Source: Ignavibacteriota bacterium (GTDB taxonomy: Bacteria; Bacteroidota; Ignavibacteria; UBA10030; UBA6906). From it: a DNA stretch of 64,000 nt. The translations under genes were made by a program, and so were the position numbers. Positions 9,976-19,190 of the stretch are shown piece after piece. A model generated the notes under the pieces. The model made no database searches. It was not told the origin of the DNA and saw nothing but the letters and a program-made list of their open reading frames with translations. Position 1 is the stretch's first letter; each line of letters begins with the position of its first letter. Location of the stretch: NCBI GenBank assembly GCA_963801355.1, contig CAWDEM010000008.1:1344001-1408000 (forward strand), written 5' to 3'.

Positions 9976-12094
9976 ATTTCAGAAGAAGAAGCATTTGCGT
10001 CTGGACAAAGCCCTTCGACTCTCTTCGGGATCCTGAGAGTTTCGAGGGATTTCCCGCCTGCATCCTGTAGAAATACATGCCGCTGGAGAGATGGCGCCCA
10101 TCAAACACCACTCTGTGGTGTCCCGCGTCCATCTCGCCATCGACAAGTCGTGCCACCTGTTGGCCGAGTGTGTTGAATACCGTCAGGATCACATGGGAAT
10201 GAGAGGGCAGGTCAAAACCAATTGTTGTCGCGGGATTGAAGGGATTTGGATAATTCTGCCAGAGCCTGCACTCAGCCGGCACCGGTGACTCAGACATCTC
10301 ATCAACCGCCGTCGCCGCAACGCTCTTGAACACTCCCGCGTTCGCCATACCTACATAAAGGTACCCACCGGCGTCGATGGCGATGGATCGCGCATCAGAA
10401 GGCCAGAGCCCGTCATTCACAAGACCCCATGTGGTCCCACCATCCGAGGAAAACGATACACCTTTCCACCCCACTGCGACAATTCGGCTCGCTCCAACCG
10501 GCAGCAATGAACGCACCGAGGAGAGACCGGAGGTCACGGAAGTCCATGACTCACCCCTGTCGGTCGTCCTAAACATTCCATTGTCGGTGCCGGCGAGCAG
10601 AATGCCATCCTGGCGAACCAGAAATCCGCGGACGTTCAGGTTTGTGAGCCCCGTGTTTTTCTGTGCCCAGGTCTTACCGGAATCGGACGAGCGGAACACC
10701 CCCTTGAGGAATGTCCCCGCGTACAGATAGCCGTCGCCACCATCGGCCACGGAGAACACTGCCGAATTCGTCACGCTATCAGCAGTCCATGTCTTACCGT
10801 AATCTGTGGAATGATGCACTCTACCCTGGTCGGCGCCGGCCAGAATAACTCCGCCGCGTGAGGATGCAACGCTGTAGAAGTATCCATAGACCATTGGCTG
10901 CCAGGAAGTGTCAGTCCCGGGTCGCCTGAGGATCCCATAGCCCCATGTGCCAACCAGGATTTTGCCGCTGTCATCCACGGCAAGAGAATTGACCAGGTAC
11001 GCACCTGAGGTAGTTGGGATAAACCCCCAGGAGGCACCACCGTCTGTGGTATGGTGGAGGCCACAACCATAGGTGCCAGCGTAGATGGAGTTGTCAGAGA
11101 CTCGGAGCAATGATTGCACAATCGATGCAACGAACCCGCTCTGTCGGGGCGACCAGCTGACGCCCCGGTCTGTGGAGCAGTACACACCCGTACCCCCCGA
11201 TCCTGCGTACACAGTCCCTGAGGGAGAGAGCGCCAGTGTAACAACGGCTTGGCCGGGGGATATTGGCGCGGAGGTCCAGATTGTACCGCCGTCCGTGGAA
11301 CACCGGGAATAACCCGAATTCGTCCCGGCGACGATCACACCGGCTGTATCAATCAGTATGGAACGGGTACCGAGAGCATCGGCCTTGGTCCAAATACCTC
11401 CATTGTTTGTGGAGCGGAATGTCCCGACTGACGTAGCGGCAAAGAGATCGCCACTACGGTGTCGAGCGAAGGAGTAGACCGCCGAACCGGGAAGCCCGGT
11501 TCCGGCAATGTCCCAGATGACTCCGCCGTTGGAAGTGCGGAATGCACCCGTCGTGGCCCCCGCGAGCGCAAAGCCGCCGTCCTCCACGAACAGAGACCAC
11601 ACGAACTTGTCGGTAAGTCCTGAGTCGAGTGTCTGCCAATGTGCGCCGCGGTCCGTCGATTTGAGAACGCCCCCACCCCACGTAGAAATCCAGAGTGTCG
11701 CAGTATCTTTGCAGCAGAGTCCATAGATCGAGCCGACCCCCGGAGTAGATGGCCCTTGCCATGACACACCATCGTTGGTGGAGCTATAGATCGCCCCCTG
11801 CCCGGTAGCAACATATACTCTGCCGCTAGAATCGCGCCCGATGTTGCTAACGCTTCGATAGTTCATGTTCGTTGATGACCAACTCCATGACGCCCCGCCG
11901 TTGCTCGACCTGAGGACTCCTTCCTCAGTACCGGCAAGTATTGAACCGGAAGATGTGACAAGAATTGCCGTGACATTGCCGCCTGTGGGTCCGGCCGTTT
12001 GGGCCCATGACCCGGGTTGCCCAAATGCTATTTGCGGGACGAGAACCAGTGCGACGAGAGCGGCGACCGGGAGGGAGATTGTGTAACGACTCAT
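9974..12094 (-). CDS. T9SS cargo: BNR/Asp-box double beta-propeller plus sorting domain (paralogue of 7626-9791)
   Basis: Signal peptide ending AFG|Q, repeated S(T/S)(D/N)xGxxW, and [13 protein letters not shown]...MLLLLK. Confidence 0.87.
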   Translation of the reverse strand: MSRYTISLPVAALVALVLVPQIAFGQPGSWAQTAGPTGGNVTAILVTSSGSILAGTEEGVLRSSNGGASWSWSSTNMNYRSVSNIGRDSSGRVYVATGQGAIYSSTNDGVSWQGPSTPGVGSIYGLCCKDTATLWISTWGGGVLKSTDRGAHWQTLDSGLTDKFVWSLFVEDGGFALAGATTGAFRTSNGGVIWDIAGTGLPGSAVYSFARHRSGDLFAATSVGTFRSTNNGGIWTKADALGTRSILIDTAGVIVAGTNSGYSRCSTDGGTIWTSAPISPGQAVVTLALSPSGTVYAGSGGTGVYCSTDRGVSWSPRQSGFVASIVQSLLRVSDNSIYAGTYGCGLHHTTDGGASWGFIPTTSGAYLVNSLAVDDSGKILVGTWGYGILRRPGTDTSWQPMVYGYFYSVASSRGGVILAGADQGRVHHSTDYGKTWTADSVTNSAVFSVADGGDGYLYAGTFLKGVFRSSDSGKTWAQKNTGLTNLNVRGFLVRQDGILLAGTDNGMFRTTDRGESWTSVTSGLSSVRSLLPVGASRIVAVGWKGVSFSSDGGTTWGLVNDGLWPSDARSIAIDAGGYLYVGMANAGVFKSVAATAVDEMSESPVPAECRLWQNYPNPFNPATTIGFDLPSHSHVILTVFNTLGQQVARLVDGEMDAGHHRVVFDGRHLSSGMYFYRMQAGNPSKLSGSRRESKGFVQTQMLLLLK
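10011..10048. repeat. 38-bp hairpin (family B), in-frame in T9SS sorting domain
   Basis: cccttcgactctc-ttcgggatcct-gagagtttcgaggg, encoding PSKLSGSRRESKG. Confidence 0.8.
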
Positions 12095-12316
12095 GGCCTG
12101 CCCTTTCCTGGAAGTGGATGCGAAGGAGGTAAGGAGGGCCAGAAGGGATGGCGCATCAAGCGGAGCAAGTCGGCGGGTCGCGGGGGTCGGCTCTACAACG
12201 ATGATACCGGAACAGGGTCAAGAGCAGCGGCCCGGGAGCTCAGGCAGCCATCGGGCTCTTCTATAGGGGAAATATATCCCGTCGATCGACCAAAGTCAAA
12301 TCAACGACTCGCCGAC

Positions 12317-12458
12317 GCAATTGTGTGTGGCGCAATTGTGTGCAATTTCGTGCATGCAAATGTGTGCGCTGAGATTGTACGTGCAATAGTGTGGTGCAAT
12401 GGTGTGTGCTGAAATTGCATGTGCTGGCATCGTATGGGCTGTAGTCGTGCGCATTTGT
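12317..12458. repeat. Degenerate 10-15 bp repeat tract (GCAATTGTGTGT-like) in a divergent intergenic region
   Basis: About 10 units such as gcaattgtgtgt, gcaaatgtgtgc, gcaatagtgtgg, gcaatggtgtgt and gctgaaattgcatgt. Confidence 0.65.
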
Positions 12459-12568
12459 AATTGAACGCATGCATCGGTACATTCTCCTCAGAAGAACCCT
12501 GATGTAGCCACGGGTCCTGCGAACCAGGAGCGACTACTCTTGAGCACCAAGCTGAAGATGAGGACTCA

Positions 12569-13495
12569 ATGAAGAAGCCGGCGCGAAAGGCTGAGAGAGG
12601 TGGGAAAGACAATCTCTACACTCAGTTGAAGAACGCCTATGCGGACCCGAACCTGAACCGCATTACCGCCGCGTTGTTACGCCTCTACCGGTCTCGAGAT
12701 CACACAAGGCTCCGAGAGATCGCTCAGAGAATCTCCGATGTCGTGACCGTGGATGACAGCTCCATCAGCAAGTGCTTCTCCCAACTGGTTGTCCTCTACC
12801 ACCCGGACAAGGGAGAGAGCCACCGCCGCGAAATCGAAAAGCTCCATTCAGCCGGGCACAACAAGCGTCTGCACCGATTCTCACATATCCTCTTGCTTGA
12901 CGATATTGACCTTCTCACTGCCACCGCTCCTCCCGCTCCCGAAACAACCGACTTCACGCCGGAGTATGCATACGAACCCGATGACGACGCTTTCCGCGCT
13001 GCCCGCGAATCAGACGATGACACCTTCGAGGACGCCCAGTTCGAACCCGGTGACGAGGAGTTCGACCATTCCTTCTTCCATGCACTGAAGCTGAAGACGT
13101 ACGGAACGCTGGCTGTCGAACTGCCCCTCTACTACCTCAGGGATCTCGAAGAAATTGAGATGTCCGGTTGTGATTTGACCTCACTGGACGGCATCCAACA
13201 CTGCGTGTATGCGACCGTCGTGGACATCTCAGACAATGCACTGACAGATCTCGGCGAACTGCAGCCTCTCGTCCGCATAACCGAACTCTACGTGGCCCGG
13301 AATCACATCGGATACATCGACGTCCTTCGCAGCCTGCCACAATTGCGGATCGTCGACCTCTCCATGAACGACATCGATGATGTCTCCGCGCTGTTCGACC
13401 TGGAACGCCTGGAGTTTGTCAATATTGCCGGCAATAACGTGCCGGCGGACCAGATACATACTCTGCGGTCGTCGGGCTGCACGGTTCTCTATTGA
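12569..13495 (+). CDS. J-domain-like (HPD) plus leucine-rich-repeat protein
   Basis: GAGGA upstream of the ATG. FSQLVVLYHPDKG motif, an acidic linker, then five 22-aa LRRs (LxxLDLSxNxIxxL). No signal peptide. Confidence 0.75.
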   Translation: MKKPARKAERGGKDNLYTQLKNAYADPNLNRITAALLRLYRSRDHTRLREIAQRISDVVTVDDSSISKCFSQLVVLYHPDKGESHRREIEKLHSAGHNKRLHRFSHILLLDDIDLLTATAPPAPETTDFTPEYAYEPDDDAFRAARESDDDTFEDAQFEPGDEEFDHSFFHALKLKTYGTLAVELPLYYLRDLEEIEMSGCDLTSLDGIQHCVYATVVDISDNALTDLGELQPLVRITELYVARNHIGYIDVLRSLPQLRIVDLSMNDIDDVSALFDLERLEFVNIAGNNVPADQIHTLRSSGCTVLY

Positions 13496-13576
13496 AGTAC
13501 ATCCGGCAACCGACCGCCGGGGGATGTGCGCCGGCAACGGAACTAACCACGAGGCCGGCCGGTTGAATAGGCAAGT

Positions 13577-13612
13577 CCTTCGATGCGGCTCAGGCTCTCT
13601 GTGAGTCTGCCG
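13577..13612. repeat. Degenerate intergenic copy of the family B palindrome
   Basis: ccttcgatgcggctcagg followed by a decayed partner arm, tgagtctgccg. Confidence 0.45.
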
Positions 13613-13676
13613 GACACTGAAGGCTGCTGAAGTATTCAGAAGGCATTCATAAACTCAATCAGAAAGGAATACTCTC

Positions 13677-14627
13677 ATGGCCGGGAAGAAAATCATCGCC
13701 GTCGTCGGTGCGACCGGAGCTCAGGGAGGCGGACTCGTCAGGGCCATCCTCAATGACCCCACCGGCGGCTTTGCAGCACGCGCAATCACGAGAGATGTGA
13801 ATTCCGAGAAAGCCAGAGCCCTCGCGCACGCGGGCGCAGAAGTCGTTGCCGCAGATATCGATAATCCAGCAAGCCTCAAACGGGCCTTCGACGGGGCGTA
13901 CGGTGCCTATTGCGTAACATTCTTCTGGGCCCACTTCTCGCCCGAGAAGGAGATCACGGAAGGCACCGCGATGGCACATGCGGCGAAGGAGACGGGTATC
14001 CAGCATGCGATCTGGTCAACGTTCGAAGACACACGCAAGTGGGTCCCGCTCAGCGACAACCGGATGCCGACACTCATGGGAAAGTACAAAGTCGCACACT
14101 TCGACGCCAAGAGCGAAGTGAACAATGTTTTCACTGAGCTCGGGGTCCCGACCACATTTCTCCTGACATCCTTCTACTGGGAAAACCTCATTTATTTCGG
14201 CGCTGGTCCGAAGAGAGGACCCGACGGCAAACTGGCCATCACGTTTCCCCTGGGGGACAAGAAGATGCCGGGGATTGCCTCGGAGGACATCGGCAAATGT
14301 GCGTACGGGATTTTCCGCAGGGGAAAGGAACTCATCGGGAAGACGGTGGGTGTTGCAGGCGAACATCTTAGCGGAAAGCAGATGGCCGACGCGCTCACGA
14401 AAGCCCTGAACAAGGAGGTGCGCTACAATGATGTGCCGCCTGATGTGTACCGGAGCTTCGGCTTTCCGGGTGCTGAGGACATGGGCAACATGTTGCAGAT
14501 AAAGCGCGATTTCGAAAAGCAATATTGTGGCGCCCGGAGTATCGATTTCTCCCGGTCATTGAACCCGTCGCTGCAAACGTTCGAACAGTGGCTGGCGCAA
14601 CACAAAAGTCTTATACCGCTGGAGTAA
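13677..14627 (+). CDS. NmrA/HSCARG family NAD(P)-binding protein
   Basis: IAVVGATGAQGGG Rossmann motif and HFDAK. Confidence 0.9.
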   Translation: MAGKKIIAVVGATGAQGGGLVRAILNDPTGGFAARAITRDVNSEKARALAHAGAEVVAADIDNPASLKRAFDGAYGAYCVTFFWAHFSPEKEITEGTAMAHAAKETGIQHAIWSTFEDTRKWVPLSDNRMPTLMGKYKVAHFDAKSEVNNVFTELGVPTTFLLTSFYWENLIYFGAGPKRGPDGKLAITFPLGDKKMPGIASEDIGKCAYGIFRRGKELIGKTVGVAGEHLSGKQMADALTKALNKEVRYNDVPPDVYRSFGFPGAEDMGNMLQIKRDFEKQYCGARSIDFSRSLNPSLQTFEQWLAQHKSLIPLE

Positions 14628-15252
14628 ACAAGAGAGCGCGCAGGCCGATCACAAGTGCCACTACGCCAAAAACAATCAGACCAGCGCTGGTCCCTTTGTT
14701 GACAATCGTCAGTCCGCGTGTGGTAATCTTCTCCTTGAAGATATGGCACAGGAACGTGAGCAATACAAACCAGCCCAGCGAGCCAATGAAGATGCCCGCG
14801 ACGAACAGCGCGGCGGCAGTCTGATTGTGCACAAGGTCCTGGATGCCGACTAATGCAAAGACAGCCACGAACGCGAAGAGTGCCATCGGGTTTGTGAAGG
14901 TGACCAGGAACGTGGAGAAAAATGCGAGGGCGGGCGCCGTTGCCGGTTTTGCTGTAGCGACCTTGACCGGGTGCGGCCGGAATGTGCGATACCCGAGGAC
15001 GAGCAGAACAACACCGCCCACAACACGGATCTCGTTTTGATATTTGGCAATGAAATCTGAAACAAGTGTAATCCCGTACGCCGCTACGATACTATACATC
15101 ATGTCGGATACAGCGGCGCTCAGTCCGGTCAGGAAGCCGTAGAGCATCCCATACGTCAAGGTACGGCGTATGCAGAGAATTCCCACCGGGCCTATCGGTA
15201 TGGGAAGACAGAAACCAATCAGAAAACCTTTGAGAAGATACACCAGTGCCAT
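14611..15252 (-). CDS. LysE family translocator
   Basis: PIGPVGILCIRRTL, TFTNP and about six hydrophobic segments. Confidence 0.88.
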   Translation of the reverse strand: MALVYLLKGFLIGFCLPIPIGPVGILCIRRTLTYGMLYGFLTGLSAAVSDMMYSIVAAYGITLVSDFIAKYQNEIRVVGGVVLLVLGYRTFRPHPVKVATAKPATAPALAFFSTFLVTFTNPMALFAFVAVFALVGIQDLVHNQTAAALFVAGIFIGSLGWFVLLTFLCHIFKEKITTRGLTIVNKGTSAGLIVFGVVALVIGLRALLFTPAV

Positions 15253-15277
15253 TCAGCGCTCTCTCTATTTGTGTGCC

Positions 15278-15511
15278 TTAGTTCTTCTTTGCGCTCCTGC
15301 TTGTCAGGAAGGCAATGAATGAATAGACCACCGCAATCACAATGAGATTGAATACCCAGTTCATGAGCGTATCGCTCACGGAATGAGATCTACCGTCGAT
15401 GTCGACGAAAAGGTAGATCGCATAGACGATCCCCGCAACAAGAACCACCCATCCCGACAGGTTGATAGGCACATAGAGTATTCCGATTCGCCTGAACCAG
15501 GGCAAATTCAT
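15278..15511 (-). CDS. Small two-helix membrane protein of unknown function
   Basis: GGAG upstream of ATG 15511, two hydrophobic segments around SHSVSDTL, co-oriented with its neighbours. Confidence 0.65.
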   Translation of the reverse strand: MNLPWFRRIGILYVPINLSGWVVLVAGIVYAIYLFVDIDGRSHSVSDTLMNWVFNLIVIAVVYSFIAFLTSRSAKKN

Positions 15512-15540
15512 CTGTACGATCTCCACAGTGACCGGGTACC

Positions 15541-15635
15541 GCTCTCCGTTGCCGCCGGATGTTCCGGGGAGCTCCCCCTTGATGTAGATTATTCCGTGAG
15601 GCTCTCCGTTGCTGCTGAATTCTTGCGGAGCGCTC
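15541..15635. repeat. Degenerate 30-bp-period repeat (3 units)
   Basis: gctctccgttgc at 15541, gctcccccttga at 15571, gctctccgttgc at 15601. Confidence 0.5.
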
Positions 15636-15639
15636 AGGA

Positions 15640-16386
15640 CTAGCGGTCTGCATTATCAAGCAGTGAAGCAGCCTCTTCATCCAGGATCCAATGGACTCCC
15701 CCCTGTGCCGGCCTGATCATCGAGGCCGGAAGATCCGCCCGTGGCTCTTTTGCTCCAAGGATCCCTGCAACCACCCGTGCCTTTCTCTTCCCTGCCGCTA
15801 GGAACAGCGTTTCACGCGCATTAAGGAGGACCGGAAGCGTCAGCGTCACACGACAGCTGTTGAGCTGGGGAACGAAGTATCCCAGTGCCATCTTTGTAGC
15901 TTCTCGCAGTGAGTCGGTACCGGGAAATAGCGACGCTGTGTGACCATCTTCGCCGATACCCAGCATCACGATGTCAAAACGGGGCAGATGGTCGCCGAAC
16001 CATCTTTGCAGTTCGGTTTCATAATCATTTGCGGCATCCGGCGCAGATGTTTCTCCCCGGATTCGATGGATGTTTTCCGGAGGGATGGAAATGCGGCTTA
16101 TCAATGTGCGTGACACCATTCCGTAATTACTCGCCGGATCGTCAGGCGGGACCATCCTCTCGTCGCCGAAGAACAAGTGAACATCACGCCAGTGGATCGT
16201 GCTCCGCAGAGGATCGGCTGCAAGCATCTGGTAGACCCGGAGCGGGGTCTCTCCACCGGCCAGCGCGATACAACTGACCCCGCGCGCATGAATCGAACGG
16301 CTGATGAGCCCGCTGATGGTCTCCGCGGCGAGATGACTCATGCTCTCGGCATCTTTCGCCACCGAGATGACCGGGCGACCGCTCAT
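15640..16386 (-). CDS. pgl: 6-phosphogluconolactonase
   Basis: LAGGETP, FFGDERMVP, SNY, LGIGEDGHTASLFP. Overlaps the zwf stop by 4 bp. Confidence 0.95.
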   Translation of the reverse strand: MSGRPVISVAKDAESMSHLAAETISGLISRSIHARGVSCIALAGGETPLRVYQMLAADPLRSTIHWRDVHLFFGDERMVPPDDPASNYGMVSRTLISRISIPPENIHRIRGETSAPDAANDYETELQRWFGDHLPRFDIVMLGIGEDGHTASLFPGTDSLREATKMALGYFVPQLNSCRVTLTLPVLLNARETLFLAAGKRKARVVAGILGAKEPRADLPASMIRPAQGGVHWILDEEAASLLDNADR

Positions 16387-17879
16387 GTACCAACCCTCCC
16401 GCCACCGTGCCCTTCAGTCTTGTGGAGAGCTCCATCCTGCACCCACCAGCGTCCGTCCCTCCAGAGCAGTCGATCGGCGTCCGGCGGACCCCATGAACCC
16501 TGCTCGTACATCTGAAGTTCGGGAGCGGCTTCACCCTCCCAACCCCGCCGGAGAGCGTCGATGAGCTTCCACGCTAGAGCGATTTCATCATTGCGTGCAA
16601 ACAGGGAGGCATCTCCATTCATCGCATCGAGCAACAGCCGTTCGTACGACTCGGGGATCGGCGTTTCCTGAAATGTCTCCCGGAAATGGAAATTCATTTC
16701 CGCCGGCACCATTGTCATTCCCCCGTCAGGCACCTTCGTCATGAACCGGAGGTGAATCCCTTCGTCCGGTTGGATGGAGATGCTCAAATGGTTCGTCGAC
16801 AATTCCGTTGAGCCCGAAAGGATGTCGAACATTTGATGCGGTGGCCGGCGGAAACGTATGACGATCTCGGTTGATTTCTCTTTCAACATCTTGCCGGAGC
16901 GAAGGTAGAAGGGCACTCCCTGCCAGCGCCAGTTATCCAGAAAGATCTGGATCGCGGCAAACGTCTCGGTATGCGAATGCGGGTCAACTCCTGGCTCGGC
17001 ACGGTATCCGTTATACTGTCCCCGCACGGTGTACCGCACTGAAAGGTCTTCTGGAATTTCACGGATACTCCTGAGTACTTTCACCTTTTCGTCGCGCAGC
17101 GCATTTGCTTCAATGGCGACCGGGGGCTCCATGGCCACCAGCGAGAGAAGCTGAAGAAGATGATTCTGAAACATATCGCGCAGGAGGCCGGTCTGATCGT
17201 AGTACCCGGCCCGGTGTTCCACACCCACCGTTTCCGCCACCGTGATCTGGACATGGTCGATATAGTTGCGATTCCAGAGCGGTTCGAAGATGGCGTTGCC
17301 GAAACGGAAGACCAGGATATTTTGAACGGTCTCTTTGCCGAGGTAGTGGTCGATACGGTAGATCTGGTCCTCGCTCACCACTTTGAGCAGCTCGCGATCC
17401 AGCGCTTGGGCCGTCTCCAGATCGCTGCCGAACGGCTTCTCCACGATGATTCTTCTATATCCCTTGTTGCCCATCGGCGTCAGGAGACGGGCCTCGTTCA
17501 GTTTCTGGACCACGATGGGATAGAGCTTCGGCGTAATGGCAAGATAGAAAAGCGCGTCTGCATCCGCGCCGTCGGTGGTGTTCACCGTTCCGGCGAGGGA
17601 AAGATAGTCATTGAGCTTCTCAACGTTGCCCGGGTGGTAGAACAGGAGCTGCGCGAACGCTTCCCACTCGTCTTGCACGAACTCCGCGGGTATGTACGAG
17701 AGCAATGCTTCCTTCATCTTGTCGCGAAACTCGTCGTCGGAAAACGGATGCCGGGAAAACCCGACAATCTGCGTGTTCGCGGGCAGTCGTCTCTTCCGGA
17801 AATTCATGTACAGCGCAGGGATAAGCTTGCGCGATGTGAGATCGCCCGAGGCACCAAATATGACAATTGATTTCTTCAT
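16383..17879 (-). CDS. zwf: Glucose-6-phosphate 1-dehydrogenase
   Basis: GASGDL, EKPFG, RIDHYLGKE, RDMFQNH, RWQGVPFYLRSGK. Confidence 0.97.
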   Translation of the reverse strand: MKKSIVIFGASGDLTSRKLIPALYMNFRKRRLPANTQIVGFSRHPFSDDEFRDKMKEALLSYIPAEFVQDEWEAFAQLLFYHPGNVEKLNDYLSLAGTVNTTDGADADALFYLAITPKLYPIVVQKLNEARLLTPMGNKGYRRIIVEKPFGSDLETAQALDRELLKVVSEDQIYRIDHYLGKETVQNILVFRFGNAIFEPLWNRNYIDHVQITVAETVGVEHRAGYYDQTGLLRDMFQNHLLQLLSLVAMEPPVAIEANALRDEKVKVLRSIREIPEDLSVRYTVRGQYNGYRAEPGVDPHSHTETFAAIQIFLDNWRWQGVPFYLRSGKMLKEKSTEIVIRFRRPPHQMFDILSGSTELSTNHLSISIQPDEGIHLRFMTKVPDGGMTMVPAEMNFHFRETFQETPIPESYERLLLDAMNGDASLFARNDEIALAWKLIDALRRGWEGEAAPELQMYEQGSWGPPDADRLLWRDGRWWVQDGALHKTEGHGGGRVGT

Positions 17880-17897
17880 TGATACCCTTGGTTTTCG

Positions 17898-18029
17898 GGG
17901 GTTTGAAGGGGTTTGAAGCCTGGCTTTTATGTCTGAGGATTTCCCCAGGCTTTTTTGAAGGGCTTTTTTGTCAGGCTTTTTTGCAGGGCTTTTTTGTCAG
18001 GGTTTTTTGTCACAAGGGGTCTGACCCCT
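17898..18029. repeat. Composite intergenic repeat: GAAGCCTG...CAGGCTT hairpin, 5x GGCTTTTTTG 13-14-mers and an AGGGGTCTGACCCCT palindrome
   Basis: Tandem units start at 17948, 17961, 17974, 17987 and 18001. Hairpin at 17915-17952, palindrome at 18015-18029. Confidence 0.85.
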
Positions 18030-18033
18030 GGTC

Positions 18034-19104
18034 CTATTCCAGGTTGTGAGTGGCAATGAACTCGTCCAGCGCCGTGTGGCCTTCAACCACTCCAATCTGC
18101 AGTGAAACATGCCGATCCTCGCCGGGTTCGAGGAATTCCAGCTTCCCCTGGGTACGCTCCGCGGCTCGGCCGCCGACACCGCAATTAGCCGGTTCCATGC
18201 CGATCACGTACGTGCCCGCCCCCATCATTTTCCATTCGATGAAGCGCTTAAGCTCCGCCTGCCGGTAGTGCACAAACAACCCGATGTCGAGCGCGTCATT
18301 CCGGATCATGACCGTTGCATGTCCGTCGGTATCGGCGACGAGGTCGTGATAGAACACTTGCTCGCTGTACCCCGCCTGCGGTGCTTCGACTATTTGTGCA
18401 CGGTCGAGGCCCGGGGCCGCGACATCATCCCGCGGCTGAGTCTTGCGGGAATGCAGGAACAGCTGCGCTCCTTCATCCACGACCGGCCAGCCGGCATTGA
18501 TGTGGTACAGCATCATGAGAGGGGTCCTGGACGTACCCGCATTGAGCACCGTGTCACGAACCACGATCACCGATTCACCAAGCGTTGTTTCGATTGTACG
18601 GTTCAGCGTGAGGTGCTCCCGGAACGGATGGTATTCTTCCATTGTCCCTTCGAGCGTGAACTTGCACTCCTCGCCAACCCATTCCGTCCGCGACCGGACG
18701 TCGCGGGCGGGAAGATGCGAAAGCCGGCCGTGGAGTCCGAGCGGTTCCCCCTCGTCCACACACGGCGCTCCGAGGTAGGTCATCCCGCACCCGGTCATCA
18801 ATCCTCCCGGAAATGACCGGAGCCAGCCGAGCCCCTGGGGATCGAAGAACGACGGGTGAACATCGCCCACGGGTGAGCGCCACGCGAGCGGGATGCCCCG
18901 GTAGTCTGCAACTGAGATGTCCATTCCCCGGTCGAGAGTGACCTGGAACCGCAGACCCGAACCCGTGCGCACATCGGCGATCCTCACGCCGTCTTCCTGT
19001 CCGTCGGACAGCGTCATCATGCGCACGCCGGCCAGTTGCGAGAGATCTCCGGCATGTGCGGCAATCTCATTGCCGGTGTAGTAACGTCGATAGAGTCGAG
19101 GCAT
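18034..19104 (-). CDS. Aldose 1-epimerase-like (DUF4432-type) protein
   Basis: AAGGAG upstream of ATG 19104. DRGMDI, GGLMTGCG, LHGR, LYHINxG, GMEP. Confidence 0.85.
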   Translation of the reverse strand: MPRLYRRYYTGNEIAAHAGDLSQLAGVRMMTLSDGQEDGVRIADVRTGSGLRFQVTLDRGMDISVADYRGIPLAWRSPVGDVHPSFFDPQGLGWLRSFPGGLMTGCGMTYLGAPCVDEGEPLGLHGRLSHLPARDVRSRTEWVGEECKFTLEGTMEEYHPFREHLTLNRTIETTLGESVIVVRDTVLNAGTSRTPLMMLYHINAGWPVVDEGAQLFLHSRKTQPRDDVAAPGLDRAQIVEAPQAGYSEQVFYHDLVADTDGHATVMIRNDALDIGLFVHYRQAELKRFIEWKMMGAGTYVIGMEPANCGVGGRAAERTQGKLEFLEPGEDRHVSLQIGVVEGHTALDEFIATHNLE

Positions 19105-19190
19105 GAGCAAAGCTCCTTATGATATCCCGGATACAATACGTTCTGCTCGCTTCCGGCCGCATACCGCCCGATGTGTGCGCATCACGCGCT

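Noticed and set aside
12017-12460. Cys-rich plus-strand ORF with possible selenocysteine read-through at TGA 12410-12412
   Set aside because: It overlaps the start of a real gene on the other strand. The Cys richness comes from TG repeats, and I see no SECIS-like hairpin or start signal.
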